From Nitrospirota bacterium (GTDB lineage Bacteria; Nitrospirota; UBA9217): 48,367 nucleotides of DNA. The notes beneath the pieces are model-generated. The model saw only the letters and a list, made by a program, of their open reading frames with translations. It had not been told where the DNA came from and ran no database searches. The stretch lies in NCBI GenBank assembly GCA_029858565.1, contig JAOUEV010000023.1, forward strand, positions 1-48,367. Direction: 5' to 3'. This document shows, one piece after another, positions 15,731 through 25,097 of this stretch (positions are counted from its first letter, which is position 1; the number at the start of each line of letters is the position of its first letter). The position numbers were made by a program, and so were the translations under genes.

Positions 15731-18208
15731 TCAGCGGGGCAGCGAAGGCGCGGGAATATCCCGCACGATCCCCGCGGGATCATAGGGCAGCACAGTGATC
15801 TCCCGGTCCTTCACCACCAGCAGCAGGTTGTTCCTGGCAGCCAGATCGATGAGCACTTTGTTCCAGGCGCCGGTGGCCCTGAGCGTCAGTGCCCGGTCCA
15901 TGCCCGCGACCGCGTTGATCCTGTAGCCGTCCTGGAACGCCGGCGACGCCAGCCGCTTGATCACCTCTCCCAGTCTGCTTTTCGCGGCCTTGATAGCGAT
16001 GGTCTTCCCGTTCATGAGGGTCAGCGCCGGCGGCGGGAAGATACTTTCAGGATCCGCTCCGCGCTGGAGCAGCAGATTTGCCGCTTCCACGCTGCCCGCG
16101 GCACACGCTCTGCCCAGGGCGGTGCTCCCGTTCGCCGCCACGGCATTGACCGGCACGCCAAGGTCCAGGAGCGTCCGGGCCGCGGCCAGATGTCCATGCT
16201 GCACAGCCTCCATGAGCGGGGTCACGCCGTCAGGCAGCGCTGTCCGGAGACCGGCGCCTTTTTGCGCGAGCAGGGCGATGAGCTTCGCCTGGCCGCCCGC
16301 GGCCGCGGACCGCAGGGCGAAATCGCCGCTCCAGTCCAGGGCATTCGGATCAGCCCCACGGTCGATGAGCATCTCCGCGATCTCGGTCCTTCCCCGGGCG
16401 GCCGCCAGAAGCAGCGGCGTCCTCCCGGCCGCGTTCCTGCTGTTCACGTCCGCGCCCTTCTCCAGCAGGATGCGGATAATTGCCACATGCTCTTCCTTCA
16501 GGTTCGGCACGTCCACCGCCGCCTGGAGCGCGGTCGCGCCGGTCTCGGACGCCAGGGACAGGTGGTTCACCGCGGCGCCGCGCTCCACCAGCGACCGCAC
16601 GATCCTCTCCCGCCCCTGCCGTGCCGCGAGCATCAGCGCCGTGTTCCCCTTGGCGTCAGTCTGATCCAGCGCCTCTTTGCTCAGGTCCAGCAGCTTGGTA
16701 TACAGCCGGTCGTGGCCCAGCTCGCTGGCGATCATGAGAGCGGTCCGTCCCTGCCCGTTCACCGCCTCGGGATTCACGCCGGCCCTCAGGAACAGGTCCA
16801 CGGCATCCTCATTGTTCTTAGCCACTTCATCCAGGAACGCGGCATCGGTGAACTGCATGCCCTGCTGCACCACCTTTTTTGCGTAGTACCAGTGAAGAAG
16901 CTGCTCCTTGTAGACCAGCAGCGCTCCGGCCAGCAGCACCAGAAGGAGCGCCGCGGCGATCGCGCTGATGACCCAGGGATTCACCTCGGTAACGGCTGCG
17001 GTCTGCGGCTGTGACTGCGGCCTCTTCTCAGGCTTCTCTTTGGCCTTCTCAACAGCATCTGCCGCTTCCGGAGCAGCGGCAGATGGCTGAAGCTGTGGCT
17101 GTGACTGCGGCTGTATCTGTGGCTGCGGCTGCAATTGCGGCCTCTTCTCAGGCTTCTCTTCGGCCTTCTCAACAGCAGCCGCCGCTTCCGGGGCAGCGGC
17201 AGCCGGCTGCGAAGCAACGCTGACCGTGCTGAGCATGACCGACCCGGCGCTCTGCCCATCTGCCCGTTTTTTTACCCCCAGGTCCTCGTGCGCCTTTCGC
17301 TTCGCGCGGAGCACCTGCATGTCCAGAAAGGGCAGCGGCTCGAACTGCGCCAGATAACTGCCGGCACGGCTCTGCAGCACCAGTGCAGCCACATCGACCA
17401 GCACTCCGCAGACAAGACCGATCACGCCCCCCCACCCGGCGGATCCGAAGATCAGGCCGAAGAGCAGCCCTGCCGGCAGCAGGGCCGCTGGCGGCGCCCA
17501 CCAGAAGCGGAAGGCCCCGTCGATCGTTTCGAGCAGTTTCTTCTGCTTGAACGGCAGCCCCTCCGGCGTGTTCAGGAAGGCGGTCCATTCCGCAGCGTCG
17601 GCCTGCAGTGCCTGCAAGTGCTTCTTGATGTATTTGGCGACCTCGCCATGCCCTGATTCTTCGGCCAGTTGCAGCGCGGTCTTTTTCGAGACCGTGAGCG
17701 CGTTGACATCGACCCCCGAGTGCAGCAGGTACTCGACGATGTCGGTGCCGGCCTGATCAAATGCCGCCTTGTGCAGGGCCGTCCATTCGTCCGGGTCCTT
17801 CGCGTTCACATTCGCGCCGGCCTGGATCAGCGTTTCGGCAAGATCGCGCCGGCCGGCCGATGCGGCGATGAACAGAGGAGTACTTCCGTCTCGGGTCACG
17901 TTCGCGTTGACGCCTTCGGCGATGAGCTTCTTGACCGTTTCCAGGTCGCCAGCCTCGAGCGCTTCGCGGAACTGGGGCCATTTCTGCGCAGTGACCGAGG
18001 TCTGTCCGGGAATGTATTTTGACTTGGCTTTGGGCTGGGGTTGAGGCTTGGTCTTCGGCTTGATCTTGGGCTGTGCGCCGGGAGCGCCAGGAACATGGGC
18101 AGCAGGAGCAGGGGCGGCTACGGGATCTTCGGGAACGTCAAGGGTGATCGGGTCGTCCTGCCCGACCTTCGGCTCGATCTCAGGCTGGTCTTGCGTTTCG
18201 TTTTCCAT
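15731..18208 (-). CDS. Multi-domain ankyrin-repeat membrane protein
   Basis: N-terminal ankyrins (GSTPLFIAA, WTALHKAA), 2 TMs, P/Q/A linker, third TM, about 7-8 further ankyrins (GRTALMIA, GNTALMLAA, GRTPLLLAA...), C-terminal ~75-aa domain; GGGGAG SD before MENET. Confidence 0.85.
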   Translation of the reverse strand: MENETQDQPEIEPKVGQDDPITLDVPEDPVAAPAPAAHVPGAPGAQPKIKPKTKPQPQPKAKSKYIPGQTSVTAQKWPQFREALEAGDLETVKKLIAEGVNANVTRDGSTPLFIAASAGRRDLAETLIQAGANVNAKDPDEWTALHKAAFDQAGTDIVEYLLHSGVDVNALTVSKKTALQLAEESGHGEVAKYIKKHLQALQADAAEWTAFLNTPEGLPFKQKKLLETIDGAFRFWWAPPAALLPAGLLFGLIFGSAGWGGVIGLVCGVLVDVAALVLQSRAGSYLAQFEPLPFLDMQVLRAKRKAHEDLGVKKRADGQSAGSVMLSTVSVASQPAAAAPEAAAAVEKAEEKPEKRPQLQPQPQIQPQSQPQLQPSAAAPEAADAVEKAKEKPEKRPQSQPQTAAVTEVNPWVISAIAAALLLVLLAGALLVYKEQLLHWYYAKKVVQQGMQFTDAAFLDEVAKNNEDAVDLFLRAGVNPEAVNGQGRTALMIASELGHDRLYTKLLDLSKEALDQTDAKGNTALMLAARQGRERIVRSLVERGAAVNHLSLASETGATALQAAVDVPNLKEEHVAIIRILLEKGADVNSRNAAGRTPLLLAAARGRTEIAEMLIDRGADPNALDWSGDFALRSAAAGGQAKLIALLAQKGAGLRTALPDGVTPLMEAVQHGHLAAARTLLDLGVPVNAVAANGSTALGRACAAGSVEAANLLLQRGADPESIFPPPALTLMNGKTIAIKAAKSRLGEVIKRLASPAFQDGYRINAVAGMDRALTLRATGAWNKVLIDLAARNNLLLVVKDREITVLPYDPAGIVRDIPAPSLPR
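17016..17202. repeat. Intragenic ~65-bp direct repeat, 120-bp period
   Basis: tgcggcctcttctcaggcttctct...ccgcttccgg..cagcggcag at ~17016 and ~17136; encodes AAAPEAA..VEKA.EKPEKRPQ twice. Confidence 0.85.
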
Positions 18209-18349
18209 GCAGGGCTCCCCTTGCATAGCCGGTGCGTACGCATAACTATACCATGAACCGGGTACTGCTTCAACCGCCACTATTGGGGCCGGGAACGATC
18301 AGCGGCTGCCCGGGATTATTCCAGTATTATCACCGCGGCATGCCGCCGC

Positions 18350-20029
18350 CTAACGTCTCCTCCGGTTCCTGATCACCAGAGCGACCAACATCACAACAGC
18401 GGAGCCGAGGCTCGCGAGCGGCAGGACCGGCCAGGATGGCAGGGGGGCCACGGTCCGGAGCCACCGCTCCAGGTCGCTGCCATTGCCCACGAAACCCGAA
18501 AAAAGGATCAGCGCCGCGATGATGAAGCCGTAGGCGATGTTCACCCCGGTCTCATCGCCGCCTCCCAGACCGCCGCTTACCGGCGCGGAGATGCGCACCG
18601 TGGGGTCATCGAAGAATTTGAGGGCCCTGGCGCCGTGCTTCAGGACCAATCGCTTCAGTTTCCCCAGCTCGTAGGGCCCGGCCTTGATCTGCTTCACCAG
18701 CTCGTCAAAGGTGAACGCGGCTGCGGTGTACTTGCGGACAAAGGACCGCAGGTGATCGACGATCCTGATCTCCGGGTCCAGGGACAAGCAGGTGCCCTCA
18801 AAGGTCGTGAGCGCCTTGGACACGAGCACGAAATCGTGGGGCACCGGGATGCCATAGGCCAGACTGGTGTTCAGAAAGCGCTCCAGCAGCTGGGTGAAAG
18901 GCACGCCGGCAACCTCGTAGATCGGCAGGTCCGAAAGGATCTCATTCATCTCGCGGCGGTAGCCCGCCAGGTCCGCGACGTCCTCCTCCCGGACGCCGCA
19001 GAGCTCGAAGAAGGACCCGAGGACCCGCGGCACGTTCCGCTCCGACATGCCGTAGACGATATCGAAGATCCACGACCGCATGTCCTCGGCCAGATAACCC
19101 ACGATGCCGAAGTCCAGGTAAGCGATAGTGTCATTGTCCAGGACCATGATGTTCCCGCCGTGGGGATCGCCGTGGAAGAACCCGTCGATGAATATCTGCT
19201 TCAGCATGGAGTCGGCGATAAGCCGCGCCACGGCCCTGCGGTCGATGTTCCGCTCGCCGGCCTGGAATATATTGACGCCCGGGATATGCTCCATCACGAG
19301 AATGCTCCGGGTCGTGTATTCCCGGTAGACCTTGGGGATGCGCACGCCCGGATAGTCACGGAAATTGAAAGCGAAGTGCAGGGAGTTTTTGCCTTCCTGG
19401 CGAAAGTAAAGCTCCCGGTCGGTCCAGCGCGTGAATTCCTGCACGAGCATGACCGGCCGGTTCTTTCTGATCCGCGGCACGAAACGCTCGATCAGGTGGG
19501 CGAAGCGCAGCATGATGAAGAGGTCCGCCGCCATGGCCTGACGAATGCCCGGCCGCTGGACCTTGACCGCGACCTCCTCCCCGGAGCGGAGCCGGGCGCG
19601 GTGCACCTGCGCCACCGACGCCGCCGCCGTGGCGGTCTCATCGAACTCGCTGAAGATCTCGCTCAGGTCCCGCTGCAGCTCCTGCCGCACCTCGCGCCGC
19701 ACCTGGTTGAAGGGAAAGGGCGGGACGCGGTCCTGCAGGGTCTTGAATGCCTCGCAGAACTCCGGCGGCACCAGGTCCGGCCGGATGCTCAGGAACTGGC
19801 CGAACTTCACGTACGTGGGCCCCAGTTTCTGGAGCGTTTCCCGCGCCAGCTCCGCCGGGCTCGCGCTGCGAACGTCAGGCGCCAGGTACTTGCTTACGGC
19901 CCGGCGGGGATGCTCCCGGGATCCGAACAGCAGCCTGGCCGGACCGTACGCGATAACCTGCCTGAGCAGGATGAGGCAGATGGCGATCAGACGCCGAATG
20001 CCCCGCAGATGAGTGAACAGTGAATCCAT
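18350..20029 (-). CDS. ABC1/AarF/UbiB-family atypical kinase
   Basis: LGPTYVKFGQFLS, AAASVAQVH, VAVKVQRPG, FFHGDPHGGN, LDFGIVG, C-terminal TMs. Confidence 0.93.
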   Translation of the reverse strand: MDSLFTHLRGIRRLIAICLILLRQVIAYGPARLLFGSREHPRRAVSKYLAPDVRSASPAELARETLQKLGPTYVKFGQFLSIRPDLVPPEFCEAFKTLQDRVPPFPFNQVRREVRQELQRDLSEIFSEFDETATAAASVAQVHRARLRSGEEVAVKVQRPGIRQAMAADLFIMLRFAHLIERFVPRIRKNRPVMLVQEFTRWTDRELYFRQEGKNSLHFAFNFRDYPGVRIPKVYREYTTRSILVMEHIPGVNIFQAGERNIDRRAVARLIADSMLKQIFIDGFFHGDPHGGNIMVLDNDTIAYLDFGIVGYLAEDMRSWIFDIVYGMSERNVPRVLGSFFELCGVREEDVADLAGYRREMNEILSDLPIYEVAGVPFTQLLERFLNTSLAYGIPVPHDFVLVSKALTTFEGTCLSLDPEIRIVDHLRSFVRKYTAAAFTFDELVKQIKAGPYELGKLKRLVLKHGARALKFFDDPTVRISAPVSGGLGGGDETGVNIAYGFIIAALILFSGFVGNGSDLERWLRTVAPLPSWPVLPLASLGSAVVMLVALVIRNRRRR

Positions 20030-20250
20030 GGCAGGCGGTCTCCCTGTTTCGCCGGTTCCGGGCGCGCGTCGCTGCGAAACCTTTCGCCGGAACAAGCTTT
20101 CGAAGGTAAAGATAGCATATTCCCGCGCCAGGAGGGGACCACCGCCTGCATAAAGAGCATGGGCAGGAGACCCCGGCAGTTGTATAATTAAGCAAGACCG
20201 GGTCAGCTCGCGCTGTCCGTTGACACTACCTCTCCGGGAGGGACGCTGAT

Positions 20251-20391
20251 ATGAAGATATTCCTGATCATAGCTGCCGCAGCCGCAGCCGTCTACATCTA
20301 TGCCGCCATAGCCTTTTACTACGGGTTCAAGAACTGGTACCCCATGTGCGGCGGAAAGTCCGGCACCTGCGCTCCCCGGAAGCCATCATAG
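20251..20391 (+). CDS. Small Cys-tailed membrane protein (46 aa; not in ORF track)
   Basis: GGGAGG SD then MKIFLIIAAAAAAVYIYAAIAFYYGFKNWYPMCGGKSGTCAPRKPS*. Confidence 0.6.
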   Translation: MKIFLIIAAAAAAVYIYAAIAFYYGFKNWYPMCGGKSGTCAPRKPS

Positions 20392-20459
20392 GTTTCCGTG
20401 GACGGTTTATTGCAGATCTCCTGCCCGTCCGGGAAGCCGGGCTTCTGCCCATTCAATAA

Positions 20460-20488
20460 TTGACAATAGGTCATCTGTGACCTATATT
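20460..20488 (+). promoter_or_regulatory. sigma70 promoter with palindromic operator
   Basis: TTGACA-17nt-TATATT containing ATAGGTCA-tctg-TGACCTAT (20466-20485). Confidence 0.75.
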
Positions 20489-20574
20489 GTTCGGCGGGCG
20501 CAGAAGGACAGCATGCCTGCGCCGTCCGGCATCCGCCAGCAGCCGCGTCCATCCACTATCAGGAAACGAGCGCT

Positions 20575-21516
20575 ATGCACGAAACTCCCCGATCCTCCAC
20601 CATCCTGCTGATCATCGGCGCGGTGGTCACCGCTGTAGCGGTGGCGCTGTTCCTGAACGCCCTCATGCTCAGGGATTTCCCGCAGGCCGGCCAGGACCTC
20701 CTGTCGGGCAGGTCGGTCGCGCGGTCAGCCGTTGCTTTCGCGCTGGTAACCGGCCTGGCGCTGATGCTGCTGTTCAAGCTTTTCCGGGCCCAGGGCTCCG
20801 GCACAGCCGCTCGCAAGCGCGACCGGACAGCGGAGAAAAAAGCGACTGTTGGTGAACATGCCGGAGAAGATGCGCCCGGCGAGATCATCTCCGACACGGC
20901 GGGAGAGCTCAGATCTTCCGTTGAAATGATCCAGGAGGAAATCGAGGAAATCCTGGAGGATGACGCGCCGGCCGACAAGGAGCACATGCAGTCGCTCTAC
21001 GAGGAAACCGACCGGCTCAGGAAGATCATCGACAGCATGGAGCAGCTGTCCCAGGCCCAGGCCATGGCCCGGGCGCTGAAAAAAGAGCCCGTGCAGGTCG
21101 AGCCGCTGCTCAGGAGCGTCATCGAGCGGACAAAGCTCGCGGTGACCGACAGGAACGTGACCTATTCCCTTGAGTGCGAGCCGGGGCTGATCCTGCAGGG
21201 CGATGAGGGATGCGTCAGCCGCATCATCGGCAACATCGCGGAGAACGCCGCGCGGTCCATCAAAGGCTCCGGGAACGTGACCCTGGCCGCCGCCCGCAAG
21301 GACGCCGGTGTGGTCTTCTCGGTCCGGGACACGGGGACCGGGATCAGGCGGTCCCATCTCTCGCATATCTATGAACGGTTCTTCCGCGGCACCGGTTCGG
21401 GCATCGGCATGGGGCTTTCGGTCGTGAAGGAGCTGGTGGATGCCTGCGGCGGCAGGATCGATGTAGAGACCGCTGTCAACAAGGGCACGACATTTACCGT
21501 GCAGCTGCCGGAGTGA
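20575..21516 (+). CDS. Membrane histidine-kinase-like protein lacking the phosphoacceptor His
   Basis: 2 TMs; DHp ISDTAGELRSSV (G in place of H); N-box NIAENA, DTGTGI, IYERFFR, GIGMGL, GTTFTV. Confidence 0.85.
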   Translation: MHETPRSSTILLIIGAVVTAVAVALFLNALMLRDFPQAGQDLLSGRSVARSAVAFALVTGLALMLLFKLFRAQGSGTAARKRDRTAEKKATVGEHAGEDAPGEIISDTAGELRSSVEMIQEEIEEILEDDAPADKEHMQSLYEETDRLRKIIDSMEQLSQAQAMARALKKEPVQVEPLLRSVIERTKLAVTDRNVTYSLECEPGLILQGDEGCVSRIIGNIAENAARSIKGSGNVTLAAARKDAGVVFSVRDTGTGIRRSHLSHIYERFFRGTGSGIGMGLSVVKELVDACGGRIDVETAVNKGTTFTVQLPE

Positions 21517-21628
21517 ATAGTCATATCAACGATACGTTGTCAGCAGGAAGCGGTAAGCTGGAAGTTCGGTGACATCAAGCCTGCTTATCGTTTTCCAGCG
21601 TATAGCTGCATTACGCAAAGGGATATTG

Positions 21629-22990
21629 ATGAACACGGAATTGTACGAAAAAGTGCGCAGGAACCTCTTCGGCGGCCACAACCAGAACGCCTTTATGCAG
21701 CTCCTCACGGCCCGGGACGCGGTTCGCGGGCCGCTCCAGGGAACGCCCGAGGAGTTCTCCCAGATACTCTACGAACTTACCCGGGGCGAACTGAGCAGGC
21801 GGAACGAAACCCTGTCCTACGAGACCGTTGCCAAGGGAAAGAAGGACCTCCTGAAGTTCCGGGACGGCTCCCTGTTCCGGGTCGTCCGCGCAAAGGGCCA
21901 GCTCGGCGGGGTCCTGGTCGTTGTAACGCCCTATCTGCAGTCCATGGAAGACCTACTCGACACACGGGAGCAGCCGCTTGCGCGTTTGGTGGCCGACAGC
22001 CTTTCGATACGCGACGCTTTCCGCCGCGTTGCCGATGAATACCGGCGGGAAGAGATGCGCGAGGCGTCAGCCAGGGCAGGCGCCGAGATCAGGATGGCCC
22101 GCGAGAGCAAGCTCGAGAACATCGTTTCGACCATCGAAAACGCGAAAAGCGGGGAAACGGTCCTGGTCCGGGGCCAGCAGAACATTGATGCCCTTGTTGA
22201 TCTCGGTTTCGTTCCCAGCCTGGTGGACAATCCCGACAACTGGATCGATGCCGAGGATTCTCCGGGGCTGCGCTATCGCCATGCCCGGAGCGGCATCGAG
22301 CTCCTCCTGACGGGCCGCGAGCGGTTCCGGCCCATTGAGGAGCCGGCGCGGCTGGAGTTCCTCTTCCTGGTGCACCGGAGCGACAACGACCCCGCGGCCT
22401 TCGGGAATATGGCGCGAAAGTACCGGGCGTGCCGCAGGGACGGGACCGCCTACGGGATGAAGGATTTCCACAACGACCTGATCGCGCTGGTCAAGTATCC
22501 CGAGGAGCTCAAGGGAAGGACCGAGGAGGACCTGGGGCTCATGGCCGACGAGGTCGAGAATGTGATCGACCGGCGGCAGGAGCTGGACAAGGGCATCCTG
22601 CCCTACGAGGCGGTATTCAGCAAGAACACCGCCTTGATCATCGACCATGTGCGGAAGAACCGGATACCCTCCCGGGAGGTCCGGAAGGCGCTCGATTATT
22701 TCGAATATACCGGCATGATCACCCCGGAATACCGGGCCGAGCTGCATCAGCAGATCTCGGCCGCCACCGAGGACCCGATCTCCGCGGGCGAGAGCGCGGC
22801 GGATATGCTCTACGACCGGAGGGTCAAGGAGATCGTTGCCGACGTGCTGAAGAAGATCCCCAAGGAGCGGCTGACCTCTGCGACGATCACCCTGGCGCTG
22901 ACGCCCTATGTGAGCGAATTGGGGTTCGGCAGGCTCATCAAGATACGGGAGCGGATCCTTAAACTGAAGCAGATGGTGCATGAGCAGTAG
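21629..22990 (+). CDS. Hypothetical protein (~453 aa, soluble)
   Basis: Long ORF with host-like codon usage, AAGGG SD before MNTEL; no family recognised. Confidence 0.75.
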   Translation: MNTELYEKVRRNLFGGHNQNAFMQLLTARDAVRGPLQGTPEEFSQILYELTRGELSRRNETLSYETVAKGKKDLLKFRDGSLFRVVRAKGQLGGVLVVVTPYLQSMEDLLDTREQPLARLVADSLSIRDAFRRVADEYRREEMREASARAGAEIRMARESKLENIVSTIENAKSGETVLVRGQQNIDALVDLGFVPSLVDNPDNWIDAEDSPGLRYRHARSGIELLLTGRERFRPIEEPARLEFLFLVHRSDNDPAAFGNMARKYRACRRDGTAYGMKDFHNDLIALVKYPEELKGRTEEDLGLMADEVENVIDRRQELDKGILPYEAVFSKNTALIIDHVRKNRIPSREVRKALDYFEYTGMITPEYRAELHQQISAATEDPISAGESAADMLYDRRVKEIVADVLKKIPKERLTSATITLALTPYVSELGFGRLIKIRERILKLKQMVHEQ

Positions 22991-23001
22991 GAAGGGACCG
23001 C

Positions 23002-23247
23002 ATGGACGAACAGGCCGGGGGCCGACTGGATACGAGCGCGATGGAGTTCAGGCTGGAAGGCAAAGAGTTTGTCGAGCTCAACGACCTGCTCAAGCTCTCC
23101 GGACTGTTCAACAGCGGCGGCATGGCCAAGACAGCGATCACCGAAGGCCTGGTCACGGTTGACGGAAGGGTGGAACTGCGCAGGCGATGCAAGGTCCGCG
23201 CAGGCCAGGTCGTGGGATACGGAGACCGCAGGATCAAGGTGAAGTGA
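23002..23247 (+). CDS. ybcJ: S4-domain RNA-binding protein (YbcJ/YaaA family)
   Basis: EFVELNDLLKLSGLFNSGGMAKTAITEGLVTVDGRVELRRRCKVRAG; start may be 23041. Confidence 0.85.
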   Translation: MDEQAGGRLDTSAMEFRLEGKEFVELNDLLKLSGLFNSGGMAKTAITEGLVTVDGRVELRRRCKVRAGQVVGYGDRRIKVK

Positions 23248-23303
23248 TCGGGACGGCCATTCCGTCCTTGCCTCGGCATCCCCGGCCGTGTATCATTCAT
23301 CCC

Positions 23304-23771
23304 ATGGCAGAGAAGAAGGAAGAGAGCGCCGTCGCGTCGAACCGCAAGGCCTTCCACGACTATTACGTGGAGGAGACCATCGAGGCGGGCATGTCGCTCC
23401 AGGGCACGGAGGTCAAGTCCCTGCGCTCGGGGCTCGCGAACCTCTCGGACAGCTACGTTCTCGTGAAGAACGAGGAAGCCTTCCTGCTTAACGCCACCAT
23501 CAGCCCCTATCCCCACGGCAACATCATGAACCATGAGCCGCTCCGGACGCGCAAGCTCCTGCTGCACAAGGAGGAGATCCGGAAGATCCTGGGCAAGATG
23601 ACCCAGAAGGGCTACACCCTGATCCCCCTCAAGATTTACTTCCTCCGCGGCAAGGCCAAGGTCCTGATCGGCCTCTGCCGGGGCAAGAAGGCCCATGACA
23701 AGCGTGACGTTATCAAGGAAAAGGAATCGAAGCGCGAAGTCGAACGCCTGGTCAAGGAACGGAACCGCTAG
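23304..23771 (+). CDS. smpB: SsrA-binding protein
   Basis: NRKAFHDY, EAGMSLQGTEVKSLR, RKLLLHK, GKKAHDKR. Confidence 0.97.
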   Translation: MAEKKEESAVASNRKAFHDYYVEETIEAGMSLQGTEVKSLRSGLANLSDSYVLVKNEEAFLLNATISPYPHGNIMNHEPLRTRKLLLHKEEIRKILGKMTQKGYTLIPLKIYFLRGKAKVLIGLCRGKKAHDKRDVIKEKESKREVERLVKERNR

Positions 23772-23866
23772 CATCGCCCGGTCGTTACCTGTTGTCAGCG
23801 AAACGGGCATTTGGTATAGTCCCCCAGGTGCCGTGGACGCTGCACCTGGGCAGGAGCTGGGGGAGC

Positions 23867-24316
23867 ATGACGAACAACAAGATCGGAACGGACCATGGCG
23901 CGAACAGGAACTGGACCATCCTGTTCCTCTGCTGGATCGTTGCGAGCGTCGCGACACTGGGGAGCCTGTTCTTCAGCGAGGTCATGGGATTCGCGCCCTG
24001 CGTGCTCTGCTGGTACCAGCGGATATGCATCTATCCTCTCGTGCTCATCTTCGGCGTCGGGCTTTTTTCCTTTGACGCGGGCGTGGTCAAGTATTCCCTG
24101 CCCCTGGCCATCACGGGCTGGTGCATCGCGCTGTACCATACCCTGCTCTACCAGGGCGTGATCCCGAAGAGCATCCAGCCCTGCAGCGAAGGCGTGCCCT
24201 GCACGGAAAAGTACATCGAGCTCCTCGGATTCCTGTCCATTCCCCTGCTGTCGTTCCTGGCGTTCACCGCCATCATCGCGCTGCTCTACTTGCTCCGAAG
24301 GAGGCTTGCCCCGTGA
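23867..24316 (+). CDS. dsbB: Disulfide bond formation protein B (BdbC/DsbB type)
   Basis: GSLFFSEVMGFAPCVLCWYQRI; second Cys pair PCSEGVPC; GGGAG SD. Confidence 0.9.
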   Translation: MTNNKIGTDHGANRNWTILFLCWIVASVATLGSLFFSEVMGFAPCVLCWYQRICIYPLVLIFGVGLFSFDAGVVKYSLPLAITGWCIALYHTLLYQGVIPKSIQPCSEGVPCTEKYIELLGFLSIPLLSFLAFTAIIALLYLLRRRLAP

Positions 24317-24963
24317 AAAAGACCCACATTGTCGTGATCTCCGCCCTGCTGCTCCTCATGCTGTTCGTTCTCGGCAGCTTCCTGGTCAAGGGAAAACAGC
24401 AGGACAGCTTGAGCGCCCTCGCGCGAAAGAACGCCGAGGCGCTTGTGCGGGACCATTCGCAGACAGCCGGGAGCCCCGACGCGAAGGTCGTGATCGTGGA
24501 GTTCATGGACCCGGGCTGCGAGACCTGCCGCGCCTTCGATCCCTTCATCAAGCAGATGATGGCGGCCTATCCGGGCAAGATCAGGCTCGTCATCCGGTAC
24601 GCGCCCCTTCATCACGGAGCGGACTTTATGTGCGCGGTGCTGGAAGCGGCGAGAAAACAGGGAAAGTACTGGGAGACCCTGCAGCTTATGTATGACACCC
24701 AGCCGCAGTGGGCTGACCATCATAACCCCCAGCCCGACCGGATCTGGCAGTATCTGCCCCGCCTTGGACTGGACCTGAAGAAGCTCAAAAAGGACCTGGA
24801 CGATCCCGCGATCAGCCGGCTGATCGCGCAGGACATGGCCGATGCACGGGCACTGGACGTGCGGAAAACGCCGGGATTCTTTGTCAACGGGAAACCGCTG
24901 GTGAGATTCGGGTACGAGCAGCTGCAGGCGCTTATCGAAGGAGAATTGCGGGCGAACTATTAA
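24313..24963 (+). CDS. dsbA: DsbA/BdbD-family thioredoxin-fold oxidoreductase
   Basis: GTG start overlapping the dsbB stop (GTGA); N-terminal anchor; EFMDPGCETC active site; KTPGFFVNG cis-Pro loop. Confidence 0.88.
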   Translation: MKKTHIVVISALLLLMLFVLGSFLVKGKQQDSLSALARKNAEALVRDHSQTAGSPDAKVVIVEFMDPGCETCRAFDPFIKQMMAAYPGKIRLVIRYAPLHHGADFMCAVLEAARKQGKYWETLQLMYDTQPQWADHHNPQPDRIWQYLPRLGLDLKKLKKDLDDPAISRLIAQDMADARALDVRKTPGFFVNGKPLVRFGYEQLQALIEGELRANY

Positions 24964-25097
24964 CGATATTCTGGGGGCCGGTCCGCGGATCCCTGTCACC
25001 TCTCCCGTACCGTCGCCGGCTCGCTGACCTGCTGATATTCCCGTTGTGTCCGCTCCGGTCTTCCACTCCCTCGTATCTTACTCCTGCCCGACCCGGC

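Noticed and set aside
17016-17202. DGR template/variable repeat pair
   Set aside because: An in-frame linker duplication with few, not clearly adenine-specific, differences; no reverse transcriptase in the window.
23772-23866. tmRNA (ssrA) next to smpB
   Set aside because: The gap is under 100 nt and shows no tRNA-like ends.
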